This document shows positions 13,083-26,900 of a stretch of DNA of 64,000 nucleotides, piece by piece. The notes beneath the pieces are model-generated. The model had not been told where the DNA came from and searched no databases. It saw only the letters and a program-made list of their open reading frames with translations. The DNA comes from Mobula hypostoma (Eukaryota). The stretch's first letter is position 1; each line of letters starts with the position of its first letter. Position numbers and translations under genes: made by a program. The stretch lies in contig NC_086108.1 of NCBI RefSeq assembly GCF_963921235.1, forward strand, positions 47,804,001-47,868,000, in the 5' to 3' direction.

Positions 13083-16072
13083 CTGCAAAACAGCAATAAA
13101 AACCCATGTGGCTACTGTTTCCATAGCAACAAGTTATGTTATGCAAGCTCCTGTTTGCATTTAGCTTCTCAGCGCTGGAAGCTTTCTCCTTTCCTGAGGA
13201 GGTCTGCCGTTGTCTGATAGAAAATTAAGAGACATTTGCACAGTGGTGGCCGTCCACTCTAAATAATGGGATGACTGGTCCATTGTCCACTTGATTGCTT
13301 TGGAAACCTGAGGCACAAGAAATTCACTCCAACAAATGAAGCAAGGTGTTTTCTTTTACGTTGCAGAGCTCACACTCGATGTTGCTAGGAAGAAATTTTG
13401 CAAGAAACAGGAAATGCAAGAAATGCAGAAAAACTAATGATATTAAGATCTCTTCCTTGTGCACAGAGAATTGATTGGGAGAGGATGTTTATGAGGGTGG
13501 TGAATGAACAAAGTATTCTTTGAAAAGTTATTCTTCAACCCACCCATAAATAGTGACTGAATTTATGGCCTATAATTAGATGCTGATGAAATGTAAAGCA
13601 CAAATTAAAGGCATTTTCTTCAAGCCTTCTAAGGCATCATTTGCTACCGCTCCAATATACACAAAGCCAAACATAAGGAGCAAAATTAATTGTATTACAG
13701 ATCTATGTAGTCATGAGCCATGTAATACTGTAAAGCAAAAAGAACCTACATTTTGTCATTAATTAGAAATGCATTTGGAAATGTTGGTCAGCCGAGAAGC
13801 TTACAAAGAACAGGTTCTTGATTGCAACTAAGACGTCGAGAATGTTCACCCATGGTTAGATCTTACAAGCAGCCAGAACTACAGCAACCAAAATGGTTCA
13901 GGTCCATTACATTTCCTCACTGAATTATTCTGATGGATTGTCACTTTTATCTGGCTTGGGGAGCTTGGAGCAAACTTTTATCTTTCCCTTTGCCATGTAC
14001 TTACTGTAGTATCTAAAGACATCAATGACCTTGCCCAGGGCTTATTATAGCGAGGCTGCCTGCAAGTAACAAGTACTGCTGCTGCTCAGTACCAGGACTG
14101 GGGACTCAGGATTCAGTGAGTCTGAGCCATTGTTGGCAACTGGTGTGGGCCGTGTTGCTGAACTACTTGAATGCTACGGTTTCCCTCTCACTTTGTGTGG
14201 TACATGCATGCTGCCATTTTCCTTAATTTCCTGGAGATTTCTCAAATGGTAATATGCTCAATTACAGCAAGCATCCAATGATCTACGTAGTGTTTCAACA
14301 GAAGCAGTGTAGTCAATCGTAAGCAATGGACCCCACCTGCTATTCTGACCAGGGTGATGCTGATCTGCATGTCAGTGCTAAGCAGTCACACTAGTTCCAT
14401 CAACATGCTCGACACCAGCAGCAGATGCAGCCTTTACACAGTGAAATGTGGGAGATTCACAGCTGGGAATCCTCCCCTGGATGGCAGGGGGTTTGCACAA
14501 GGTTCCTAGCAGTTCTTTTAAAAAACACAGGACGGGGACAGTACTTGCATGAAAAAAGTGTAAATGGAGAAGGAGTGCTATAATAAATCAGCATGTTGTG
14601 CAGGTATATTGTATGTACAGTTCTCTTCAACTAAGTACATTTAGATCAGCACTGCATCTTGCACATTAAACATGGTTATATATTCAAAAACAGCTTTGTG
14701 TACGTGTTCTCATTTTAGGCTATATTAGTGCCAAAAATTCCAAAATCTGAAGTCAAAACATTTTCAGAATTGAGTGCAACATTAAGCAGATTTCCTACCC
14801 GTTTTTCCTGTACCCAAGAACAAAAGTTTCTGTACCAAATTAGGTTAGGGATTAGCATCAACTGGAACTAATAATTTTCCTGTTGAAAACAAAATACTAA
14901 AATGGGGTATGATTATGGAGCAGCAAAGACAAGTAGGCCGCGTATGTAAATCTATTTGGATCCAGGACTAAATCTGTAACAAGATACAGGTAGTTTGTTT
15001 TGAATAATAAATCTTCTACAACTATCATTTCCCAAATCTTGAATATGCCAAAACCAGATTATGGCTTTAATCTCCAAAAGAACCTTTGGAAGCACATGTG
15101 CTGCAAGTAGCTCAAATCTGAACTGAGTTGAGAACTAGATTTGAAGAGTAGAGCAGTGAAGTACCCTGTAAGCAGCAGCCAAACTAGTACAAAGGTGAAA
15201 TTTATCTGACAGTATCAAATAAGGTTTCAGGAAGCCCACGAAGCATAGATACAATTGACTAAATATCCATTTCTGTGTCATAAAATTCTACTGATCTGAC
15301 AACAGCCAACCAGACGTTCATATTGCTAATACAAACAAATCCATGGATTTGTACATTCAATTGTTTGAAAGTTCACAGCTTTTGCAGATAGAGTATAATT
15401 CAGTCTTGCGAAAGTCAAAAGTTCTCTGCTTAGTTTACTGTGTCCTTCTTCCGCCCCCTCCAAGCATCTATTTCTTAACATTACCAAAAAAAATTACCAA
15501 TATATTAAGCAATTTTAGTCAGATTGTCATAACATTAATTTAAGTAACCTTATTAATCCTGCAAAGGAGCAAACACAATTAAATCAACTCTTGCCCAAAG
15601 CAAAATTCTGCAGACTTTAGGGAAAGGTCGCTGCTTCGTTATGAGCCACTACCCTCGCAGTATCTTCCATTTTCTTCAGGCTTGTAGTATCCTAGTTTTG
15701 TTAGATTAAACCTAAGGAAATAAAAATCAATTGGGAAGGAGAGAAATTAGAATATTGTACTTACTCATATGGATTAGCTGTGGAAGAAAGCAATTAAAAC
15801 ATAGGAAAAAAAGTACCTTTTCTCCCTTTCTCTAAAGCTTTTCCTACACTGTAAAACAAAGTGCTTTATAAAAAAAAATCATAAATAAGGTAGCAGAGAG
15901 CAGGAAAAAAGACTAAATTATACTGCTCACCTTCACACCCCCACTTTCTCAGCTTAGGGGCACCTACAGCAAAATTTAAATTCTTTAGGATCAGTTCTTT
16001 TATATATTAAAAAATCACACTGTCATAGGTATAAGCCTCCATATAAACATAAATAACTGTTGTGATACTAAC

Positions 16073-16198
16073 CTCTTCCATCAGATCTTCCAGGTTCTTT
16101 CCATTCTCCCAGACACTACGCTGCACCCAGTTGATTACCTTTGTGTAAACTTTACCATTACTTGGCAAGCATACATTTTCTTCTAATATCACCTCCAA
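16073..16198 (-). CDS. IVNS1ABP: IVNS1ABP coding exon 5 (BACK)
   Basis: [42 protein letters not shown], 126 nt; cag acceptor, gttagt donor. Confidence 0.97.
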
Positions 16199-16418
16199 CT
16201 GAGAAAAGATACATTCAATTAAACTGGTTTGTCAAGTTTTAAAGAAATGACATGAATACTGAATGCAGTTAACACAAGGTGAAAAAAAATGAAAATGGAG
16301 AGAAGATCGTTTTATATAAAAACCAAGAAGCAACTCAAACTATACATCAAAATTGTGCCATGGCTTGAAAAACAAAACAAAAATCAGACAAATTAATTTA
16401 ACACATCTCAAACTTCAC

Positions 16419-16592
16419 CTTTAATCGTGGAAGTTTTAAAAATTCTTCCTGTTCAGACATCTCCAACAAGTTCTCTTGAATACAACTGTCAATTTGACTC
16501 AACAACCGGGAATCTCCCATCTGACTGGCAAAATTTCGATAAGAAATACAGTTCTGGACATCCATCCTGGATAGTATATAATCACCACAGAC
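16419..16592 (-). CDS. IVNS1ABP: IVNS1ABP coding exon 4 (BACK)
   Basis: [11 protein letters not shown]...FLKLPRLK, 174 nt; tag acceptor, gtgaag donor. Confidence 0.96.
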
Positions 16593-17865
16593 CTAAAAAG
16601 CAGGGCAAGATGATACTTATTGAGAGAAAGAGAGAGAGAGAGAGTGAGAGTGAGGGTACGTACACACTAGGACTCGTACTGTGATCTGAAATTCTACATC
16701 AAGTTATTTGAACATTGAGTATTTCTTCAGTTCATCCACAACTTTTCAGACACAGGAATTTAGGAGCGGGCATTGTGTGTTTGAACACATGCACGGGGGG
16801 GAGGAGGGGGTTAAATTGGCTGGGAGTGGCTGGCACAGGACAGGAAAAGGGCAATGCTTCAGTACAATCTAATGCGCATACAGGTAATCCTCAATTTATG
16901 GATTCGGCTTTGTATCAATGACTCAATTTTCTCATGTCCTTAAGAATCTATTCTTCGTTTAGCAATTAGCACACCCACTATCTCATAACAGAAATACCCA
17001 CCTTACACTTCACCAACCCTGTGATCAATTTCCAGAAAATTAAACACCTTCTGGGAATAGATTCTCTTCACTCAAGATAAAGATCAATTGCACTGAAGTT
17101 ACACTAATACGTGCACAATGTAATACATCCAAAATATTAAGTTCTAAGTTAAAGTCTTGTTCCATAACACAAATGTTGGGAATGGAAACATTGGAACATG
17201 GCTAGCATTGTCTGGAACCAACCCAAGCATCACACCAGATGATTATTATTACCTTCAAATTCTTCATAGTTCACCTGAAGTAGTGAAATTGTTTCACTTG
17301 CACTCCCGGCTGCTTCTGGCATCTCCAAGACTGAATGCTTGAAACCACAGTGAGCAAAATAGTTCTGGATTGTCTTACTACTTCTTTTGCTCGCCAACTA
17401 TCAGTGATAAAAATCACTGCTTTTTGAAAACAAACATGTAATTGACACTACTTAGAAACTTCGGCAAGTCTCCTGTCGCAATTAAGCAGCATAGTGTCCC
17501 AAATAACAAAGGGAGTCCTGGCTATTTTCCTTGATTAGTCTTTGCTCTTTAAAAACTGTCCTAAATAAAGCAGATGCCTCTACTAACCGATGTGCCAATT
17601 AATCAGAATCCACCGTATGTGCAAAGTCATAGTAGAATGCTCAAACTTCACAGTATGTTTGAGGGTGACTTGCAGAATTTATTTACTCACTTGACAAATT
17701 GATGGTTAATGCTGACCTAGTCCAACTATGAACATGAAGTGATTAGTTTTTAAAATATGAAATAAAATAATTTATTCAAAACAAGTGTGAGCTAGATAAT
17801 CCCACTGCCAAAAGGTAAAGCATTTTGCCCAAAATCTCAGAGCAGCTATACAAACACAAACATAC

Positions 17866-17941
17866 CTGTCTCACCCGGTCCATCTTCAATTTTTTGGCAG
17901 CCGAATATACATCCTTTACAAGTTCTTTGTCTGCTTTTAGT
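17866..17941 (-). CDS. IVNS1ABP: IVNS1ABP coding exon 3 (BTB)
   Basis: [25 protein letters not shown], 76 nt; cag acceptor, gtatg donor. Confidence 0.97.
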
Positions 17942-18535
17942 CTGCAAAGTAATAAATACATGTTTCCATTTCAGAATTTAAACCCACAAGTCAGGTGAAG
18001 TCCCTGAATACCAGTTCAATCTACATGCCGATTAAACAGTGTAACTAGTTAGCAGTAGAAAACTGTCAATACATTGATTACTGCAGCAAGTACATTCACA
18101 GATTAAATGTTATTACAAATCAATGACTGCTTCAATTTTTTGTCACGTCAAATTGCTTTTATTAAAGAAGGAATCTCAGGTTTCCGATCACAGAATGAGC
18201 CAATTTTTCACTGCTCTGATCAGCCTAGACATGGGTTCTGCGCAACTCATTCCTATGAAGTTTAAAAACCAAAATCAGACAGTAAGGCAGTTAAACACCA
18301 AAGAGTTAAGTAGTCTCAATCAAGCTGTCCAATGCAATCTCAGGAATCTACCATTGAAATATTAGGGGTTTGCAATGCCCTAACAGGAAAATAAGGCAGA
18401 ATATTGCCCCAAAAAAACTAAGGTAAATAAATCTTAGAATTGATGGCTTCCAAATGTTATTGTTTTAACAATTTTAAGTTTGCAATTATAGCTACTTTGA
18501 AATATAATTTAAGAACTTTACATAGACATACTTAC

Positions 18536-18705
18536 TGTGCAGTGTAGGCATAATTCATTAACACCTCAACTGCAGCCGGATTGAGGTCATCAAATTTCAC
18601 ATGAGAAAATCCATGGGGATCACTATCATTGTTGAAAATTTCAAACAAATACGGGCTACAGCAAGCAAGGACAGCTCTATGAGCCAGCATCTCATGTCCA
18701 CAGAC
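18536..18705 (-). CDS. IVNS1ABP: IVNS1ABP coding exon 2 (BTB)
   Basis: [24 protein letters not shown]...LMNYAYTA, 170 nt; tag acceptor, gtaag donor. Confidence 0.97.
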
Positions 18706-20952
18706 CTAAAAATGAGAAACACCTGCATTAATAACTTCTGCATTAATTTTATGATGAAAATTTATATTGAGGAATTTGTAATCTTTTGCCACAGCTACAT
18801 GCTTCATTTTATCTTTCAGTGCATTTAATTTCCTAATTCATAATAAATAAGTAACTTGCAGTTAGGGCAAATTCAATGTAACCACTGACAAGATTGAAAC
18901 TAGCCACTGAATTCAAACATACTCACTTAATACCAAAGACTATCAAGTGCTGCTATTATGACTTGGACAATAGGAGCATTTTCTTTAACTTGTGGGTTTT
19001 TAAACTCTCCCTTCAATTTAGGGAAGCAATTTGGCACATCAGAATAGTGCATTTTCAGACAGGAATCAGTTATTCCACAACTCTCTCTTCCCCCACTCCC
19101 TGAAACTTAAAAAGGGTGCTAGGGAATGATGTCAATATCCACAAAGCCAAGGACCTGAGATAGTGTGCCAGACAATGAACATGCAAAGTTATTCATGTGT
19201 GACTTAACTTTTTAAAAAAAAAACGTGGATTGGGTTGCAGACTAAACAATTCACCAATCAATTCTTTCTGGAGGAGTAACAGGAGGAAAAAAAAAGTGAA
19301 GCTGAAGAATGTGGGTGCACTGGGGAGAGTGCAAAGGACTTGTCCCACACTGTTGTCTACACTGGATGATTATTCTATAGTTCTTACAGTTATAGTTTTT
19401 CTGAAGCATGTAAAGGGGGTGACATGAAAATAGTACTTGGATGAGTGTCAAAAGGTTGGCATGATGGATGAGGCAGCCTCTTATGCCACAACAGGCATAA
19501 TTGGCAAAAATCCAGTTTAAAAACAAGTTATCTTTACTAACTTCAAAAGATATCATTCAATACCCCTACAAAGATCACATGCTAATGGCTAATATCACTC
19601 AGCCTTGCACTTGTATCCATCTTCAGATTTACCCCTCGTATCCACAGGGAATACAATTTCAATTGTAGCTTTCTAGCTATAGATATATTCAAAGGTTCTG
19701 CTTACTTAAGAGTCCATGAAACCCTTTGCTAGAACTGTTAATTTTACAAGTGTTGTCCTTTGCATTTCTGATTTGGTCTGGAATATGAAGTTAAGACACT
19801 TTCCAACAATTGCATTATTGGTAAGTGTGACCCTGCCCCCTCCTACACTGAGGAGTAGTGTACGTCCATGCTCCCATTGAGTCCCAGGCCCAAGAGACAT
19901 GCTAAGTACTGCAGAGATCAACAATACAGACCTATGTTTATTTATAACCAGAGAAGCAAAGGTCTCAATGTAGGAACAGCACTATAAATAATCACTATAG
20001 TATGGGTCAAATTAAGGCAATAGTGGATGCTGACACAGCTCCCATGCCCTGCAGCAGAATACTGAAGTCAAAAGTAGATTAGAGGAAGCAAGATGGAAGA
20101 AAAATTTACGTGCAAATTGCCTAAAGAAACCAGGCATTTTTAAAAAACAAAAAAAAGTTATGCCACTGAAGATTATTAGGAGCCCCTGAAAAATAACTGG
20201 GAATGAATCTAAACTGAAAATACCACTCAATTCCTGCTTTAAAGACAGTTGAAATGGAGGTTAAAGTTAGACCAGTCCATCTGGTATCTATTTTCAACTT
20301 TTTATAAGGGGATATTAATGACGTAGAAATGGAACAAACCAAGTCATCACATAGGATGAGGGCACTTGAGAAAGTTACACAAGAGAACTGGTCAGCCAAT
20401 GCTGATAGCTACAGGAATAAAATCCAATTAATATCAGCTATTTGATTAAGAGCCTAGACTAATAAAATGAGTACAAGTCTGCAAGGATCTGTCCTTCATT
20501 TGGAAATAAATGAGCAGAATTTTATGTGGATTAAAATAGTGGGAAGCAAATTACTAAGCTTTCACCCCAAAACTTAAATTTCCTTCATCTTTCCCCCCCG
20601 CCCCCAAATAAACAGTAATTTGAAAACTTGTACAAATTCTACTTTTAGTAGAACTCAGCCAGCAAAACCCATCTACCCACATTCTGAAACTGGTCTTGTC
20701 CAGCCATTTACCAGCTACAGGAATGAGGTGTCAGCAAACTGAACTTGGGTTGGATATGGTGCAAAAGCAAGCCCATTCTTTGTGAGAAGGACCAACTGTG
20801 CTGAAGGAACATGAAAAGCCTTATGGTCATCTTTAAATTTCAAATTCTGAACACATTAGGGGCATAGTGCTAAATACAAACTTGATTAAACTAGCTGCAT
20901 AATATCAACTAATAAACACTCAAATTATTCATTCACTCAGTATTATGAATAC

Positions 20953-21063
20953 CTGCAGTCTCACATCACAGAACTGTCCACTTTTTCTTAGAGCATTGAG
21001 TTTGGCCACAGATGATTCAATGAAATTCTCATCTTCAAAAACTAAATACCCATTAGGGATCAT
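20953..21063 (-). CDS. IVNS1ABP: IVNS1ABP coding exon 1 (start codon, BTB N-terminus); the exon begins at 21089 with 26 nt of UTR
   Basis: [37 protein letters not shown], 111 nt; acceptor ttttaacag, donor CAG/gtatt. Confidence 0.97.
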
Positions 21064-21945
21064 TTTCTTTTCTTTGTGGGCAGGGAAACCTGTTAAAACA
21101 AGACATTTAGCTGAATTTCTATCCCTCCAAGTTTATGGAACTTTCCATGCAAATCAAAGTTTGACTACTGTAATTGTGGCAAGTCAGTGTCTAGATATTA
21201 ATAATTACTGCTTCAGTACAGGTGATGTAAAGAAATCAGACACTGAAAAAAATAACATGTAGGATATTTCTATTACAGAATAATGTTTATTTCAAGATGA
21301 CTGAATTTTTATTACACACACAAACCAGGGTGTGGAGGTGGGATGAACAGTCTGTACAGAGAAAAAATTCTTTATTTCAAACTTTTAAGGTGCACAGTAG
21401 GAAAGTCAGTTATTCTCTCTCTCCCCCCCCCCCCCCGGTGGAAACACTATTCTGATGCTCAATTCAAATTTTTAAGCACAAACCATTAACACAACTATTT
21501 TACATGGTGTAATAAAACCTGCAAGCAAAATTTGAACATTGCCAAGTTTCAACTAGCATTTTCATTAGTAACCCATTACCAGTGCTAATTACATGCAATT
21601 TATTGAACCACAATTGTACAATACATCTCAGGTTAGCATTGTTAATTCTTTAAGACTATGTAGGAAAAGCAATTGCTAGTCTACCCATAGATACGATTCT
21701 GGAAGATGCCATCTACAAAGTGGAAAAATAAACTTTAATTTTGCACCAGTTTGTTGCACACAAAAGCCCTTGCATTATATACTATTGCTGTTTCCTAAAA
21801 CACATTAGAAGTACCTCTAAACATCAAAGAAACCAAACATCAAACCAATACAATTTTCTAAACAAGGATAAAGTTACTTTGCACTATTTTAAAATTATTT
21901 CCACCATCTCTCTAGGGAGAACATTTAGAAAACATCAAGACTTAC

Positions 21946-22208
21946 TTAATACTGCTGTTTCTGAAATTAAGGAATAGATTCTCAAAAAGCGAAGGCACTT
22001 TTATTTTTCAGGAACTCTGGATCCAGCTTTAAGAAAATTCTGCAAAGTAACTTATGTAACAATGTAGGCAGATAATGACGAATCCAGCAAGGGCAAGTCT
22101 TGAATGGTGTTGACTAAAATTAGGCCTGCAGCTGGTGAAAGGAGGAGTCCCAAAAGTACACCAAGGCTATAGACACATGCTTCTATTGCCTTGGTCTTGC
22201 ATATTATC
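21946..22208 (-). other. IVNS1ABP: Candidate 5' UTR exon 2 of IVNS1ABP (263 nt)
   Basis: Strong acceptor tttttctttttgttctgtttag ending at 22209 and donor AA/gtaagt starting at 21945; non-repetitive; lies between the promoter and the first coding exon. Confidence 0.6.
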
Positions 22209-22696
22209 CTAAACAGAACAAAAAGAAAAAACACATTAATGTGCTATTATTCATCATTTCATACCTCTAATTCTTTTTAAAACCCTTGTTTACCATCCAA
22301 TTGAGCCTTTATTTTAAAACTAATGAACATGCAGTAAAACATTTTAACTATTTGAGCACATTTTAATCTCATGTAGACATTCTTGTGACGTTACTAAGAT
22401 AGTACAGCTACAGAGATTACAGATACTGAAACCCAGTGCAACAGAGGTACCGTAGGAACTTATGATAAGTAGTATTTACAGAGGAAAATGTTGACTGCCC
22501 AGCTTCATCCACAGATGCTGCTTGGCCTGCTAAATTCTTCCAGCATCTTGTCTTGCTCCATCTGTAGATCTGGGTGGCTCAGGTGGTGATAGGGGATACA
22601 AGCAGCATCACTTGACATCAAGAAGCACTATAATTACTACCAGCAAACAATCCATTCAGTCTTTCTCCATAATGTACCCATCTGGGGAAGGAACAA

Positions 22697-22762
22697 TAGA
22701 AAACCATAGAAAAACTACAGCACAGAAACAGGCCTTTTGGCCCTTCTTGGCTGTGCCGAACC
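22697..22762 (-). mobile_element. Very short 3' tail of the young CR1 subfamily
   Basis: Reverse complement of 49230-49298 and 548-610. Confidence 0.85.
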
Positions 22763-23907
22763 AACACTAACGCTTAACAATAAATTAAGGTAACTGCACA
22801 AGATAACTGCAAAGAGAATACATTATGAAAACAGTGTTTTTGAGTGTGTTATTTTAATCTGGAACAAAAATCTGGCCAGTTATTTTTATATATTGCAATA
22901 TCCAAGTTTGCAGAATATGGAACTGAATTGGGCATTACAACCCTCTAAAAATGAAATTCCATGTGCTTAACAAATCAGATAGCAACATTCGAAGCTATCA
23001 CACATGTCCAGATCAGCTATACAAGTGACCAGAAGTCTTATAATTAGATCTGCATAGCTCCATTAGTTCAGCAAAAGATTCCAATAGATTACATGCCACT
23101 TCTCTCCAATGTTGTCTTTCAGGTAGTGAATTTTGAAGTTTGCTGTACTCAATGAGCCACCACTGTTCAAAACATTAACTGCAACAATTTTCACAGATGG
23201 CATGAATTGCAAACCATTATACATGAATTAGCCTTGGCAAGTACCGTTTCACAATAATTTTTATTTTCCTTGTGAGTCCTCAAACCAAGTTGTGTTATCC
23301 TTTTCTTTCAAATATGAAGCACAAGCTTAACTGAGCAAAAACAATTCAGCTGACAAAACTGAATCAAGTCTCAAGTTTGGTAGAAGCCCACCTAGTTTAT
23401 GCTGATTATCAAATACATCTATACAAACCCAGACATCCTTGAACTTAAATAAGCAAAGCATTATGATATGAAAATCAAGTACCTATCTAGATGCCACAGG
23501 TGTTATGGCAGCCGGAACAGTAACCTCTACTGGCAGCATTCCAGATACACAATTTGCCCCTCAATCCCCTTTAATCCTCCACCCTCTTACCTTAAATCTA
23601 CACCTAGTATTGGACACAACCATCATGGGAAAATGTTCATCTATACTTCAAATGCTCCATCATGTCACATCAGTTTCTGCTCCAGGGAAAACAGACCCAG
23701 TTAATCAATCTCATCTTCCAATTGAAGCTGTCCATTCCAGGGAGGATTCTGAACACCTATAGCTCAACTGCATCTTTCCTGCAGTTGGATGACTGGAACA
23801 GCACAATACTGTTGTATAAACCAACTACGCAACTAAAAGTTCAAACAATTATTAAAGAATCTGTAGCACATTGGAATCAGTACCATGTTTAACATTACCG
23901 GCATGTC

Positions 23908-26900
23908 AGAACACAAGAAATAGGAGCAGGAGTAGGCCATCTGGTCCGCCCAGCCTGCTCCGCAATTCAGTAAGATCATGGCTGATATGGCCATGAACTC
24001 ATCTCCACCTACCTGCCTTCTTCCCCCCCCCCCCACATATATCCAACCTTGTCTTAAATATATTTACTGAGATAGCCTCCACTTCTCCACTAGGTGGAGA
24101 ATTCCAGATTCACCATTCTCTGGGAAAAGCAGTTCCTCCTCACCTCCGTCCCAAATCTACTCCCCTGAATCTTGAGACTATGTTCCCTAGTGCTAGTCTC
24201 ACCTACCAGTGGAAACAACTTTCCTGCATCAACCTGGTGAACATCCTCTGCACCACCTCAAGTTAGTATATCCTTCAAGTAAGGAGACCAGAACCACATG
24301 CAGCACTCTAGGTACAGCCTCACAAGTACCCTGAACAGTTGCAGAATAACCTCCCTGCTCTTTAAATGCAATCCCTCTAGTAATGAAGGTCAACATTCCA
24401 TTTGACTTCCTGATAGCCTGCCGCACCTGTAAGCCAACCTTGTGATTCATGCACAAGCACTCCCAAGTCCCTCTGCACAGCAGCAGGCTGCTATTTTTTT
24501 TTTTTAAAACCATTTAAGTAATTTGCCCTCTCATTTTTCCCTTCCAAAGTGGATGACCTTACATTTACCAACATTGTACCACATCTGCCAGACCCTTGCC
24601 CACCCACCTAACTTATCCATATATCTCTGCAGACCATCTTCAGCAGTTTGCTTTTCCACTCAATTTAGTATCAGCAAGCTTAGATACACTACTCAGTCAC
24701 CTCTTCCAGATAGTGAAATGTACATCACAAATAGATGTGTGCCGACCCCTGCAGCACACTGCTCACCACTGATTGCCAACCTGAGTAACACTTATGTATC
24801 CAACTCAATGTTCTATTAGTTAACTAATCCCCTATCCATGCAATACATCACCCCCAGCTGTATGCATCCTATCTTACGGATGTCTATTATGTGGTATCTT
24901 ATCAAACACCTCTGGAAATCCAAGTAAATAATGTCTATCTGTTGACCTCTACTTACGGCATTCATTACATCCTCAAAAAACTCCAGTAAGTTTGTCAAAA
25001 TAGGACCTGCCTTTGCCAAATTCCTCCTACATGTACCTGATGGATCCATTTATCCCCCCACAAGATGCCTTGCTATTTCTTTAATTACAGCTTCAAGCAT
25101 TCCCCCCCCACCACCCAACTACAGATGTTAAAATAACTGGCCTATTGTTACTTGCCTTTTGCCTACTTCCTTTTCTGAACAGTGGCGTGACATTTGCCAT
25201 CTTCCAACCTGCTGGGACCTGCCCAGAGTCCAGAGAATTTTGATAAATCAAAGCCTCTATAGTAACTTCTGCCATTTCTTTCAGTACCCTGGGATGCATT
25301 CCATCAGAACCAAGAGATTTAGCTTCAGGCTCACAATTTTGCTCAGCACTACCTCTTTAGTGATAACTAATGTATCGAGGTCCTCACCTCCCATTGCATC
25401 CATAACATCTCTTTGGCATGTTAGACATTTCCTCCACCATGAAGACAGACAAAATAGTCATTCAAAACCCCAGCCATTTTCTCGCTAGCCAATATTAATT
25501 CCCCCCTTCATCTTCCAAGGGACCTACATTCACTTTAGTCACACTTTTCCGCGGAATACAAAAACATCTATCCATTTTTATACTTTTGCGCTAGTTTATT
25601 CTCATAACCTAGCTTCCCTTTTTTTATTGCTTGCTTAGTGGTACTTTGTTGCTTTAAGTTTCCCCAATCTTCCAGTTTCCCACTAGTCTTAGCAACTTTG
25701 TACACACGTGTTTAGTTTGATGCCTTCTTTTATTTCCTTAGTTATCCAAGGCTAGCGCTCCCCACCCTTACCATCCTTACTTTTAACTGGAATATACTTT
25801 TCTTGAGCACTGAAAAAGCTCTGAATGTCTTCCACTGTTCTACCATATAGCCTGTGTTCTCAGTCTACACTAGCCAAATCCTCCCTCATCCCATCATGGT
25901 CTCCATTGTTTAGGCATAATACACTGGTTTTAGATTGAACTATTACACCCTCCATTTGTATAAGAAATTCAATCATATTGTAATCACCTTTTCCAAGAAG
26001 ATCCCAACAAGATAATTAGTTTTACCTGTCTCATTGCACAGGACCAGATCTAAGATAGCACGTTCCCTTGTAGGTTCAGTAACATGTTGTTCAAGAAAGC
26101 CATCACAGATGCATTCCATTAAGACCTCCTCAAGACTACCCTGACCAACTTGATTCACCCAATCTTTGTGCAAGTTAATGCCCCCCTTGATAACTGCTGT
26201 TCCATTCTTACATACTTCCGAAATTTAACTGTGCCACTGATGTTATTATTCAGTGGCCTATAGACAACCCCCAGTGATTTTCTCCCCCCCACTTCCCATT
26301 CCCAATCTCTACCCAGATGTATTCAGCATTCTGTTCCTTAGATCTTATATTGTCCCTCACTATCACCCCGATCTCATCTTTGAGCACTACCCCACCTCCC
26401 TTACCTTTCTTTCTATCCTTCCATATTACCTGATACACTTGTATATTCAATTCTCAATCCTCTCCATCCTGCAACCACATCTCTCTGTAATGGCTACTAA
26501 AGCATACCCCAGTACTGATTTGAGCCCAAGTTCACTGAACTCATTTCTAATACTACAGGCATTCAAATAAAGTGCTCTTACACTCCGTGCTTTTAAAATG
26601 ATGTAATCTTGTAATCTTTTACTCTTCTGCACTTGACTTTTCTTCACACCACTTTCACTCCTTGTCATCTTGTTTTTCATCCATACTTCTCCAACCTGTT
26701 GAACTCACCCCCTTGTGATTTGCTAGGATCCAGGTCCCATTACCGTTCAGAAGCCCGTCCCATTGGTACAGCTCCCCAATACTGCTATCAATTTCTCACA
26801 AATCCAAATCCACTTCTCCCACACTAATCCTTGAGCTATGCATTTAACTCTAATCTTCTTGACCATATGCCAATTTGCACATGGCTCAGGTAGTAATCCA

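Noticed and set aside
15765..15777. 13-nt micro-exon (cag / CTAATCCATATGA / gtaagt) as a chained member of the cluster
   Set aside because: Its flanking spacers would be only 39 and 53 nt, too short for co-inclusion with the neighbours; kept only as an alternative donor
22052..22234. 60-aa hydrophobic ORF over the candidate UTR exon
   Set aside because: It starts in the polypyrimidine tract and is not the frame entered from the exon 1 ATG
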